Of a stretch of 64,000 nucleotides of DNA, positions 19,995 to 29,550 are shown one piece after another. The notes under the pieces were generated by a model. That model searched no databases. It saw nothing but the letters and a program-made list of their open reading frames with translations, and was not told where the DNA came from. Source of the stretch: Chloroflexota bacterium (lineage in GTDB: Bacteria > Chloroflexota > UBA11872 > VXNJ01); NCBI GenBank assembly GCA_965261345.1, contig OZ253449.1, positions 1,408,001-1,472,000 of the forward strand, read 5' to 3'. Made by a program: the position numbers and the translations under genes. The stretch's first letter is position 1. Each line of letters opens with the position of its first letter.

Positions 19995-21593
19995 TGTTGT
20001 TGCTCAGCGATTCCGTCAGTAGTTAACTGCTCAGGAAAAATGTCAGTCTTCTACCCACGTAGGGACACATGGCATTGCTCGAGCAACTTCCCCGCGCACG
20101 GCGCCAGATTCTCAGATTGCTACCTCCACGAAGAGATCGATTCCAGGCAAGCGACAACCCTGCTCGGCGTCAGCTGCCGCCAGTTCTGGCGTTTGCTGGC
20201 CGCGTACCGGAAACGCGGTGGTGACGCCCTAACCCACGGCAACCGCGGCCGCCGGCCGGGCAATGCCACTTCCCCAGAAATCGCCGCCAGAGTAATCGAA
20301 CTGACCCGGGACCGTTATCCGGATGCCAACCACACCCACCTGGCGCAGCTGCTGGAAGAACGCGAAGGGATACGGATCAGTCGCCAGACCTTAAGACGGA
20401 TCCTTACTGCCACGGGATTAAAGAGCCCCCGCCGCCGCCGTCCGCCCCGCCACCGGGTAAGAAGAGAGCGCATGCCCAGGGAGGGGATGCTGATCCAGAT
20501 CGACGGCAGCCACCATCGCTGGCTGGGCGACGATCATCCCCAGTTCGCCCTGCACCTGGCGGTCGACGATGCCACCGGCAAGGTCCTGGTGGCGCGCTTT
20601 AGACCCGATGAAGACGCCTGTGGCTACTTCGAACTGCTCGGCGATCTGACCAGGAACTACGGTATCCCATTGGCCCTCTACAGCGACCGCCACAGCGTAT
20701 TTGTTCCCTCCCTCCGATCCGCGCAGCCAAAGCTGGCCGAGGGCGCTACCCAAGTTCGCGCGGGCAATGTCAGAACTGGGGATACGCTAAGGTGTTTGCC
20801 AGCTCGGCCCAGGCCAAGGGCAGAGTCGAAAGGGTTGCCGGGACCTTCCAGGATCGGCTGGTAACCGAACTGCGTCTGGACGGGGCAAGGGCCCTTGTAG
20901 GCGCCAATTTCCTGCTGGCCCGGTTCTTAGAGCGCTTCAACCACCAGTTCGCGGTTGCGCCGGCGCAACCGCAGACCGCCTACCGCCCGCTCGATCCCGA
21001 AATCGATCTTGAAATGGTGCTGTGTTTTAGACACTTCCGCCGGGTCGGGCGTGACAACACCGTCAGGTATCGGTGGCAGGTGATCCAACTCCTGCCTTCG
21101 GAGGAGCGACCCAGCTACGCCGGCTCCAGGGTGGAGGTGGTCGAACATACCGACGGGCGGCTACAGGTGGCGTATGCGGACGGGATCGTTCCTTCGCAGC
21201 TGGTCCCGCCCAGACCGGGACTGATGCGGATTAACCGCGCCGACAGCGATCCCGATCGGCTGCAGCGACAGCTGGCGAAGGTGCAACAGCTCCCGGAAAC
21301 AACGCCGCCAAAAAAACGGTCGCGGCGGCGTGCAGCTGGCCGCAAGCCCACCGCCCGGCAGGTGGCACGCTGGCAAGCGGTGCAAACGGCCAAGACCAAG
21401 GGAATGACCATCAGCGGTACCGCCCGAGAGCTTGGACTGTCGCGAAAAACGGTTCGCAAGTACATGCAGGCGGCCGAGCCGCCGCGGAACCGGACAAGCC
21501 GCATGGGCGCCATCAGCCGGCAACAATAATGCGAACCCGTTGACTGACATTTTCGCTGGACCGTTGGACTGACATAGTCGCTGAGCTACGACA
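19995..21593 (+). mobile_element. IS1202-like (ISNCY/IS481-related) insertion sequence with 7-bp target duplication
   Basis: Terminal IRs are TGTTGTTGCTCAGCGATTCCGTCAGT and rc TGTCGTAGCTCAGCGACTATGTCAGT, each with a second internal ...AAAATGTCAGT site. Flanking direct repeat CATAGTG at 19988-19994 and 21594-21600. Confidence 0.88.
20069..21529 (+). pseudogene. DDE transposase of the IS1202-like element, frameshifted, with an extra C-terminal HTH
   Basis: HGNRGRRP, QIDGSHHRWL, AVDDATG, LYSDRHS and AKGRVER motifs spread over several frames (shifts near 20116, 20752, 20788). C-terminal ISGTARELGLSRKTVRKY HTH. Confidence 0.85.
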
Positions 21594-21623
21594 CATAGTG
21601 CTAAGGGGGAGTTACGGCACACC

Positions 21624-21848
21624 GTGAAGACGATTGGAGCGGCAAAATTCAAATCACAGTGCCTCGCACTGCTCGATCATCTCGGCGCCGATGGGCTCGT
21701 TGTTACCAAACATGGAAAGCCGGTGGCGCGCGTGCTTCCCGACCGGCTACAGGACGCAGACCTGATCGGAGTCCTTCGCGGGCAGATCAAGATAACTGGC
21801 AACATCAATTCGACCGGCATCCATTGGGATGCAAATGATCAATCTTGA
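21624..21848 (+). CDS. Type II antitoxin, Phd/YefM family
   Basis: MKTIGAAKFKSQCLALLD...VVTKHGKPVARV; overlaps the downstream PIN gene. Confidence 0.9.
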   Translation: MKTIGAAKFKSQCLALLDHLGADGLVVTKHGKPVARVLPDRLQDADLIGVLRGQIKITGNINSTGIHWDANDQS

Positions 21849-22197
21849 TACCCAAGTACTCATCTACGCGCTCAGCGGCCAACTGCGGCCGAAAGAAGAA
21901 GAGTCATTAAAGGAGCGCCGCTGGAAAATTTCGGCAATCGTCCTGTGGGAATTGGCAAAACTTGCCCAACTCAACCGCCTAGATATTGATCTGGATGATC
22001 CTGGCTGCATTCGCATTGTTTCCCGGTTGCAGGTTTGGCCGATTGATTTCTCAATTGCGCGCGCCTAAACCAGGCTCGACTTTGGATGCGATCCGGCCGA
22101 TGAAATCATCGCCGCCACGAGCGTTGTCCACAAGGTGCCGTTGCTAACCCGCGACGAGACAATCCGCAGTTCACAGATCGTCCCGCTGGCGCTCTAG
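21835..22197 (+). pseudogene. vapC: PIN-domain toxin (VapC) with in-frame nonsense codon
   Basis: MINLDTQVLI...SAIVLWEL...ARA*TRLDFGCDPADEIIAATSVVHKVPLLTRD. TAA at 22066-22068 removes the two C-terminal catalytic Asp motifs. Confidence 0.85.
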
Positions 22198-22330
22198 GCC
22201 GTCCGGCTCGAACCGAGGGGCAGTTCGGGCCCGAGTACCTTGTTTACGGATAAGGAAAACTAGCGGCGCGGGCAGGCGTGTTCGCGTCGGCGTGGCGTTG
22301 GTTGATCGCCATTTCGTTCATTGCGTTTTT

Positions 22331-22364
22331 TAGCTTAAACAGGCTGTACAGCCTGTTTAAGCTA
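22331..22364. repeat. Perfect 34-bp palindrome between convergent genes
   Basis: TAGCTTAAACAGGCTGTACAGCCTGTTTAAGCTA equals its own reverse complement. Confidence 0.9.
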
Positions 22365-22368
22365 GCGA

Positions 22369-23178
22369 TCAGAGACCGGCCCCGGCCCCGCCGGCCCAGG
22401 CTCCCAGCGCCATTATTCCGCCGTCCACGCAGACGTACTCCCCGGTCATAAACGAGGCCCGATCGCTGGCCAAGAACAGGACTACGCTGGCAACCTCGGC
22501 CGGTTGACCGATGCGGCCCAGCGGATGGGCTCGCCCGTACTCGATCAACTCGGACTCGATCGAGCGGCCGGTGCTGCGGGCAGCGGTCCGTACCAGCGGA
22601 GTATCGATCGTTCCCGGGCAGACCGCCAGGACCCGGATGTTGTCCTTGGCAAAGTCGAGCGCGAGCTGGCGAACCAGCGAGAGATTGCCGCCCTTGCTGG
22701 CCGCATAGGCGGCCACCCCGGGCATGGACTGGAGTCCCTGCACGCTGGCGTTGTCGATGATTACCCCGCCGCCGCGCTGGCGCATGTGCGGGATCGCGTA
22801 CTTGGCCATCAGGAACCGGCTCTTCAGGTTCACCGCGATGATCCGGTCCCAGACCGACTCGGCCAGGGTGACGGCGTCGGCGTAGGATTCGGCCGGTTGA
22901 ATGCCGACGTTGTTAAAGACGATATCGATGCCGCCGAATTCGGCCACGGTCGCATCAACCAGCCGCAGGCAGTCGTTCGGATTCCCCAGGTCGGCTTCGA
23001 AGAACAACCCCTGTCCGCCGCGGTCGTTGATTGCAGCTACCGCTTGCCGCCCGGCTTCAGCATTGATGTCACCGACCGCGACCGCTGCCCCAGCCTGGGC
23101 GAAGGCGAGCGCAGCGGCCCGGCCGATCCCCAGCGCCCCGCCGGTGACTATTGCGATCTTTCCTGAAAAATCTTCCAT
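22369..23178 (-). CDS. Classical SDR family oxidoreductase
   Basis: TGGALGIG, NNVG, YAASK and CPGTIDT motifs. Confidence 0.93.
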   Translation of the reverse strand: MEDFSGKIAIVTGGALGIGRAAALAFAQAGAAVAVGDINAEAGRQAVAAINDRGGQGLFFEADLGNPNDCLRLVDATVAEFGGIDIVFNNVGIQPAESYADAVTLAESVWDRIIAVNLKSRFLMAKYAIPHMRQRGGGVIIDNASVQGLQSMPGVAAYAASKGGNLSLVRQLALDFAKDNIRVLAVCPGTIDTPLVRTAARSTGRSIESELIEYGRAHPLGRIGQPAEVASVVLFLASDRASFMTGEYVCVDGGIMALGAWAGGAGAGL

Positions 23179-23357
23179 GCAAAGTGCTCACTTTGGCCGG
23201 TCAGCATACATTGCCCAATTCTGAAGCCGGCCGCAACCGATACCAGAACTGATCCGGACCGAGATCGCCGTGCGGTCCCACCGGGCCTCCAAACATTGCC
23301 GGTATGGAGAAATCGCCGGCACCGGGTCGATGGTGATTGCCGCGGTGGTCGTCCAGA

Positions 23358-23891
23358 TCAATCGACCGCCTGGATGGCGTACAGCACGTAGTCCACCGGC
23401 ACTCCCTGTTTGAGTGCGGCCCGGCGGAGCAACCCCTCGCGCCGATAACCCAATTTCTCCAGCACTCGCCTGGAGGCGTTGTTGTGCGTCTTTACCCGCG
23501 CGTATATGCGAATTAGGCCAAGCGTTTCGAAGCCATAGGCGGTGACCGCCTTAGCGGCCGCGGTCATGATCCCGCGCCCCCAGAATGGTGCACCCAGCCA
23601 GTAGCCGAGCGCGGCCGAGTGCCGGGTGTTGCCAGCGCGCGTTTTGAGGCCGATCGAGCCGATGGGCCCGGAGGCGTCGCAGATGGCCAGCTGTTCGATC
23701 GGATCGCGGCCAGATTGGAGGGCCACCCAGGCTTCGGCTTCGGCCCGGGTGTAGGGATGAGGAAACTCGTCACTTAGGTTTGCCCAGATTCGGTTATCGG
23801 CGGCAAGGGCGATGTATTGGTCCTGGTCTCCTCCGTTCCAAGCCAAATCCCAGTCCTGCAGGGGATAGACCTTGCCAAATTCAACTTTCAT
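23358..23891 (-). CDS. GNAT acetyltransferase, RimJ/RimL family
   Basis: FPHPYT, LGYWLGAPFWGRGIMT and NNASRRVLEKLGY..EG motifs. Confidence 0.9.
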   Translation of the reverse strand: MKVEFGKVYPLQDWDLAWNGGDQDQYIALAADNRIWANLSDEFPHPYTRAEAEAWVALQSGRDPIEQLAICDASGPIGSIGLKTRAGNTRHSAALGYWLGAPFWGRGIMTAAAKAVTAYGFETLGLIRIYARVKTHNNASRRVLEKLGYRREGLLRRAALKQGVPVDYVLYAIQAVD

Positions 23892-24284
23892 ATCGATACC
23901 ATCGCCACCTGGTGCATCGCGACAGGACCGGCTCCACCTTCGCCTCGTGCAGGTTGGCGGAGGGTCTTCGAGGACGATTTTGCCAAGTGCATCCAGAAGC
24001 GCTGTCGGCCTGCGGCCGCTAAGCTAGCCGCCCAGGCCAAATTTGGTCAATCTACGGACCCGGCCGATTCTCAGGGCCCCGCCCCAACGATTGCGATTGT
24101 TCCGGAAAAATCTTCCCTCCGAGGCGCTCTCTACGACCGACCCCCTAGCAACGCCCGATTTTGCTGTCGACTGCGGCCAAGGGGCGTTGGATGACACCCT
24201 AATTTCGAGGCATCTGGGCGGGGCGCCGTCGGGCCCGCGGTCGCCACCGGTCGGCTGCCCGTTCGGGTACCTGATGGTTGTTGA

Positions 24285-24485
24285 TGTATGCGACCGCTTC
24301 GCGCATCCCCGCTTGGCCTCCTGGGCCAGATTCTCCGCGTCGAACTCGCCCCCGCTGTCGATGATGGCCTCCATCGGTGCGTAGCCTGCTCGGTGACGGA
24401 GACGACCCTGACGCCCTGGCGTTGCAGCATGGACTTGAAGGCGACGGTGGGGCTCGCGCTGGCAGGGCAAGCGGGAGAATTTCAA
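24285..24485 (-). pseudogene. Large serine recombinase remnant (end of catalytic domain)
   Basis: Frame-switching fragments KFSR...FKSMLQRQGVRVVSVTE...MEAIIDSGGEFDAENLAQEAKRG/MREA resemble resolvase helix E. Confidence 0.65.
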
Positions 24486-24511
24486 TATGCGGAGATCAGG
24501 AGAGGGATACG

Positions 24512-25444
24512 ATGCCGCACCCCGACCTCGCTGTCGTGACCGGCGCCTTTAGCTATACCGGCAGGTATGTCACCCGGCGTCTACTTGACCAAGGCGTCCG
24601 CGTCAGGACACTGACTCGCAGCCCGGATGCTGCGGACCCCTTTGATGGCCGAGTAGAGGTTGCTCCGCTGGACTTTTCCGACCTTGATGGGCTGTGCCGG
24701 TCGATGCGCGGAGCAGGCGTCTTCTACAACACCTACTGGGTGCGGTACGCACATGGCAGGACCACCTTCGACCTGGCAGTCGACAACACCAGGGCGCTGT
24801 TTGAGGCCGCTCAGAGGGCGGGCGTCGGCAGGATCGTCCACTTCTCGGTGACGAACGCTGCTTCTGGGTCCGGCCTGCCCTACTTCAGAGGCAAAGCCCG
24901 GGTGGAGGACATGCTCAAGGACCTTAAGGTCTCCCATGCAATCATCAGACCGACGCTGGTCTTCGGGGTTGGCGACCTGCTGCTCAACAACATGGCCTGG
25001 GCGTTGCGGCGCTTTCCCGTTTTCCCCGTCTACGGGAACGGCGACTATCCGGTCCAACCCGTCTACGTTAAAGACCTAGCGACCCAGGCGGTGGAGGCTG
25101 GCGCTCAGAGCGGGAACTCCGTGGCCGATGCCGCCGGGCCGGATACGTTTTCCTTTGAAGCCCTGCTTGGCCTGCTGGCCTCCTCAATTGACGTCCGTCC
25201 CAGGTTGGTACACACTCCCCCAGCGGTGGGCCTTGCCTTGACCGGACTGGTGGGCCTGCTGATGCGTGACGTGGTGCTCACCCGCGGTGAGGTTGACGGC
25301 CTGATGGCTGGCCTGCTGACTTCCAGCGAATCGCCGACCGGCACGACCAGGTTGGCCGACTGGCTCGACGACCACGCCGACGGGCTGGGTCGCCGGTACG
25401 TGTCTGAGCTTCGGCGAAACTTTCGTGGCCAGTCGCCATCATGA
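24512..25444 (+). CDS. NAD(P)-binding atypical SDR (NDUFA9-like epimerase)
   Basis: VTGAFSYTG, YFRGK, IIRPTLVFG and QPVYVKDLA motifs; AGGAGAGG RBS before ATG 24512. Confidence 0.88.
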   Translation: MPHPDLAVVTGAFSYTGRYVTRRLLDQGVRVRTLTRSPDAADPFDGRVEVAPLDFSDLDGLCRSMRGAGVFYNTYWVRYAHGRTTFDLAVDNTRALFEAAQRAGVGRIVHFSVTNAASGSGLPYFRGKARVEDMLKDLKVSHAIIRPTLVFGVGDLLLNNMAWALRRFPVFPVYGNGDYPVQPVYVKDLATQAVEAGAQSGNSVADAAGPDTFSFEALLGLLASSIDVRPRLVHTPPAVGLALTGLVGLLMRDVVLTRGEVDGLMAGLLTSSESPTGTTRLADWLDDHADGLGRRYVSELRRNFRGQSPS

Positions 25445-25489
25445 CGAAGCGGGTCAGGGTCGGCGGTGCGCCCCGCTGTGAATGCGAAG

Positions 25490-25650
25490 TAGCAGACTCT
25501 GGTGAGCTTGCCCGGCCCAGCCACATCTCGATGGCGGTCTCGCCGGATATGGATATGAGGCTATCGCCTGGCTTGGGGATGATGGCGTAGCCCATCAGGG
25601 CGTTGCCGGGTATCGCGATGATCTCCTTGGCGAAGGCCTCGATTGAGAAT
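25490..25650 (-). pseudogene. Probable C-terminal remnant of a large serine recombinase
   Basis: IEAFAKEIIAIPGNALMGYAIIPKPGDS resembles the recombinase C-terminal 'FIESFVKEIVV.PG.A..RYTIPMP.DS' motif (recalled, not searched). Confidence 0.5.
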
Positions 25651-25953
25651 TGAAGTCTCCGACCGCGACCGCAAGCGCCAGCTTGGTCAGCTTTCCGTCC
25701 AACTTGCTCACCCCTTAAAAACCGGGCGCTATCCAACATCTTCCGATCCGTTCCGATCGGCACCGCTAGCCCCGAACCGATCGCCAGATTTGCAACTATC
25801 CGGTGTTGCGCCGGCGCGGATCGGCGGAATGATGGGCTGTGTCGCCTCCACCGAAAAAAGGGGGAGCGGTTACCCCCGAGGGGGATTCTTTAGGCGAGCA
25901 GCGTGCGGGGATAGCCCTGGCAGTTACCGCGACTAGGCTTTTTTGGATTGAGC

Positions 25954-26508
25954 CTATGGTGAGGCGTTAACCATCCCGAGCAGCCTGAGAACGGTCCGCC
26001 AGTTCCGCATCGTGCTAATGGTTTGCAATCGTGCGTCCAAATACGCGTTGGTCAGCTTGCTCCGGGCAACGCCGTTGGGGTAGTGCAGGTATACGTTGGG
26101 TCCGCGCACGGCGAAAACGTCCGGTGGCGAGTGATCTGGATCAAGCTGGGCGATCGCTGCAGCACTGGGTACGTCTTTTAGAAATGCCACGTGCAGGAAG
26201 CGCGGGTCGCCTGACGTATCGAAGGGTTTCGACGCTGCGATTTGGCCGAGCTCTTCGGCTGATCGTACGGTGACGGTGGTGCTGATGCCAAGCTGATCAC
26301 AGATGGCCCGCATCACGAGCTGGGGAACCCGTCCGGCCAGGTCCGGAGCTGCGTTAAACACCACGTTCCCGCTCTGAATATAGGTGCGCACACCCGTGCA
26401 GCCGAGGGCGCTAAAGATATCCCTGAGCGCTGCCATCGGCAACTTGTTCTTGCCGCCGACATTGATGCCGCGAAGGAGCCCAACATGGCGCCGTTTACCC
26501 GGTGTCAT
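25954..26508 (-). CDS. DUF1697 domain protein
   Basis: LLRGINVGGKNKLPM, TYIQSGNVVF and TMRNWRTV motifs. Confidence 0.92.
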   Translation of the reverse strand: MTPGKRRHVGLLRGINVGGKNKLPMAALRDIFSALGCTGVRTYIQSGNVVFNAAPDLAGRVPQLVMRAICDQLGISTTVTVRSAEELGQIAASKPFDTSGDPRFLHVAFLKDVPSAAAIAQLDPDHSPPDVFAVRGPNVYLHYPNGVARSKLTNAYLDARLQTISTMRNWRTVLRLLGMVNASP

Positions 26509-26765
26509 CGATCACCGATCCGACAATGCCCGCAACTGCCACTCGAAAATTGAGGCCAGCGCCGGAATTTGCCTATTCTGCGACGCTGGGAAGAAACGCC
26601 CTCGCGCCGACCGCGCCGCTTGGGTCTACCGGTTGTCGGTGGGCCAACGTGTCCTGTCCGGCGAACTTTCGAGTTGGTGGTGGCGCTGTGGGCCTGCACG
26701 GAACCCTTGGCGCGGCGCAATCCGCTTGAGGGTGACGGGCGGGAATGAACGCCGGTGATTCGGCC

Positions 26766-27917
26766 TCAGCCGACATCGGCGAAATGTGGCATCACCGAGG
26801 TCGCGAAGTTCTCCAGGTTCTTCAGTGACTTGCGCAGCGGCATGCCCATGTGGGAGAACTCGACGAGGAGATAGTCCAGGTTGCAAACCTCCTGCAACTC
26901 TCGGACTTTCGCGACCACATGCTCTGGCGAGCCCACCACCAGCGTGCGCGGCTCCAGGAAATCCCAGCCGAGATTCACGCTGGGGTCCAAGGTCTCGTCT
27001 GGGTTCGTAAAGACCTGCCGGCCACGAAACGGGTCGTTGAACACGAAGGAAGACATGATCCCCTCTTCCGCGTCCCGGCGCGCCTCCTCCATTGAAGAGG
27101 CGACATAGGTGGAGCGCATGACTGCCTGATCTTCCCCCACGGCGAACGGTCTGCCCTCCCGTTCGGACCTGACGTTGGCGTACAGCTCCATTCGCTGCCT
27201 GATTCTGAGCGCCGGCGGCTGCCAGTAGCACGCTTTCAGTCCGAGTTTTGCCGCGGTTGCGACGGAGCGGTCGGTGGAGACGGTCATCCACAGCGGAGGA
27301 TGCGGCCGCTGGTAGGGCCTCGGAGTGACCCGCAGCTTCGTGACTCTCTCGCCGTCCTGCCAGGCCGGATTTGGCGGATAGAGCGGGTGCGAGAAAACTG
27401 TGTTTTCGGCCGGGAAGCGGTAGTTGGTCCCGTGGTGTGAGAAATACTCGCTGGTCCAGATCTCGCGCACGATCTCTACGGTCTCTGCGAACAGCTCCCG
27501 GTTCTCGCTGTCCTTGCGCGGGTCGGCGTTGGGATGGAACTGGGGGCCCTCGTACGGCCAAATTCCTCGGCCGAATCCGACGTCTATGCGTCCCTGGGTC
27601 ATGTTGTCCAGAATTGCCAGATCCTCAGCCAGGCGAATCGGATGCCACCACGGAGCGATGTTCGCCATCTGTCCGATGCGAATCGTGGACGTCCGCGCCG
27701 CCAGATCCGCGCCGAGCAGGATCGGATTCGGGACATCGCCCACCCCGTAGGGCCCAAAGTGGTGCTCACCGAGCCACATCGCCTCGAAGCCGAGTGCCTC
27801 GGCCAGGATGGTCTGCTGCCTGAGGTTGTCCAGCAGGCCGACGGTACTCGTGGCTTCACCGGCAGAGCCTGCGACCGTCGTGAACGCGGCAAATCTCATG
27901 CGTGCATTTTCCGCCAC
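26766..27917 (-). CDS. LLM class flavin-dependent oxidoreductase (luciferase-like)
   Basis: AEALGFEAMWLGEHHF, HPIRLAEDLAILDNMTQGRIDVGFGRG and PRPYQRPHPPLW motifs. Confidence 0.92.
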   Translation of the reverse strand: MAENARMRFAAFTTVAGSAGEATSTVGLLDNLRQQTILAEALGFEAMWLGEHHFGPYGVGDVPNPILLGADLAARTSTIRIGQMANIAPWWHPIRLAEDLAILDNMTQGRIDVGFGRGIWPYEGPQFHPNADPRKDSENRELFAETVEIVREIWTSEYFSHHGTNYRFPAENTVFSHPLYPPNPAWQDGERVTKLRVTPRPYQRPHPPLWMTVSTDRSVATAAKLGLKACYWQPPALRIRQRMELYANVRSEREGRPFAVGEDQAVMRSTYVASSMEEARRDAEEGIMSSFVFNDPFRGRQVFTNPDETLDPSVNLGWDFLEPRTLVVGSPEHVVAKVRELQEVCNLDYLLVEFSHMGMPLRKSLKNLENFATSVMPHFADVG

Positions 27918-28789
27918 AGATGGGGAACGTCTAGCTCACAGTCGTATCGACGAGCCCGCACTGATTTACCCTTACCCGGACGAAGTGAATCCATCGTCGT
28001 CCCCTGATAGCAAATCTAATATCGCACAGGCGAACCGGTCGTATTGGATCCGAGGTCTGCTCTGATGTCAGGAACTACCTCATGCCACGAAGAGAGAACC
28101 GCGGCATGATCCAGACCGTGCTGGGTCCCGTGTCACGATCGGATCTGGGCCCTACAACGATGCACGAGCACGTTTACGCCGACTTCTCCGGCATGCTTCG
28201 CCCGGCCCAGGACTCGCCATCACCGGAACTGGCGGAGGCTCCGATCAGGCTGGGGCATCTGGGCTGGATTCGGCGCAATTACTACAGCAACCGCTCGAAT
28301 CTTGAGTTGGTCGATCTCGATACCACGGTCAGAGAAGTGGCGATGTACCGGAACCTCGGAGGCGGCGCGATCGTGGATGCGACGACGACGGGCATCGGAC
28401 GCAACCCCGCGGCGTTGGCCCGAATCTCTCGCGAATCGGGCGTGCACATCATCATGGGCGCCGGATTCTATGTGGGTGCGCTCCACCCCGAGGGTATGGA
28501 CGAGCGAAGCGTGGATGATCTGGCACTTGAAATTGTTTCCGACCTCACCGACGGGGTCGACCGCACCGGGATCAAGGCGGGGATTATCGGGGAAATTGGC
28601 TGCACCTGGCCCCTGACGACAAACGAGCGCAAATCTCTTCAGGCAGCGGCGATTGCGCTGTTGGCGGACACTAGAAACTGTCCGGACGCGGACACGAAAA
28701 CTGTCCGCTCATGGCCACCAAAACTGTCCGCTAGCGGACAGTTTTTACAGTGCCCAATTCCGCTGATCCCTCCTCATTGTTTTTCACTA

Positions 28790-29550
28790 TCAGGTCAGCG
28801 GCAACACCCCTTTCCCGGCCGTGGCCTTAAGTCAACCGGATACTATCGCCCTGGGTTAGCACCACATGCGCATGATGGAGCAACCGGTCCACCGCGGCAT
28901 TGGCAATGGCCTTGGGCATGAGCTCGTCAAACCCGGCCGGATGCAGGTTGGACGAGAGCGCGATCGACCTGGTCTCGTAGGCCGCATCGATAACCCGGAA
29001 GAACGCTTCGGCGGTCTCAGTAGCCACCGGCAAAAGCCCGATGTCGTCGATGACGATCAGGTCGGCCTTGAAGGATCCTTAAGATCGCCCTGCCGATGGA
29101 GTAATCGACGCTGTGGCGCCTGGCCAGCGATCCCAATTGCTCAAGCGAGAACCAGGAGACTTTGCGCCCATCCTCGACCGCCAGCTGCCCCAAACCCTCT
29201 AGGAAGTGGGTCTTACCGGTACCGGACGGCCCGCAGACGACCAGGTTCTCCCTGCGCTCGATCCACTCCAGCGTCCTTAGCGCCCGTTGCGTAGGAGCAG
29301 GGATCGAAGATAGATCCTCGTCCCAGGCGTCAAAGGTCTTGCCGGTGGGGAAGCTCGCAGCCTGGCGCCGCAGCCGCACCGATGATGCCGCCCGCCCGGC
29401 GATCTCCTCGGTAAGTAATGCCTTGACCGCCTCGGCCGGATCCCAGCGCTGCGCCTTAGCGGTTGCCAAAAGATCGGGGGTGATCCGGCGCATGTAGGGA
29501 AGACGCAGGATCCTGAGCTGGGATATGACCTCGTCTACCAGGGCGGTCAT
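28790..29550 (-). pseudogene. istB: IS21 helper ATPase, frameshifted
   Basis: GPSGTGKTH Walker A, IVIDDIG and AAVDRLLHHAH; frame breaks near 29070 and 28828. Confidence 0.88.

Noticed and set aside
23180-23195. CAAAGTG-CT-CACTTTG inverted repeat just upstream of the SDR start
   Set aside because: Single 7-bp stem with no associated regulator; insufficient support.
28659-28745. Short repeats AAACTGTCCG resembling iterons
   Set aside because: They are the multiple terminal repeats typical of IS21 ends and are mirrored at 31180-31262.
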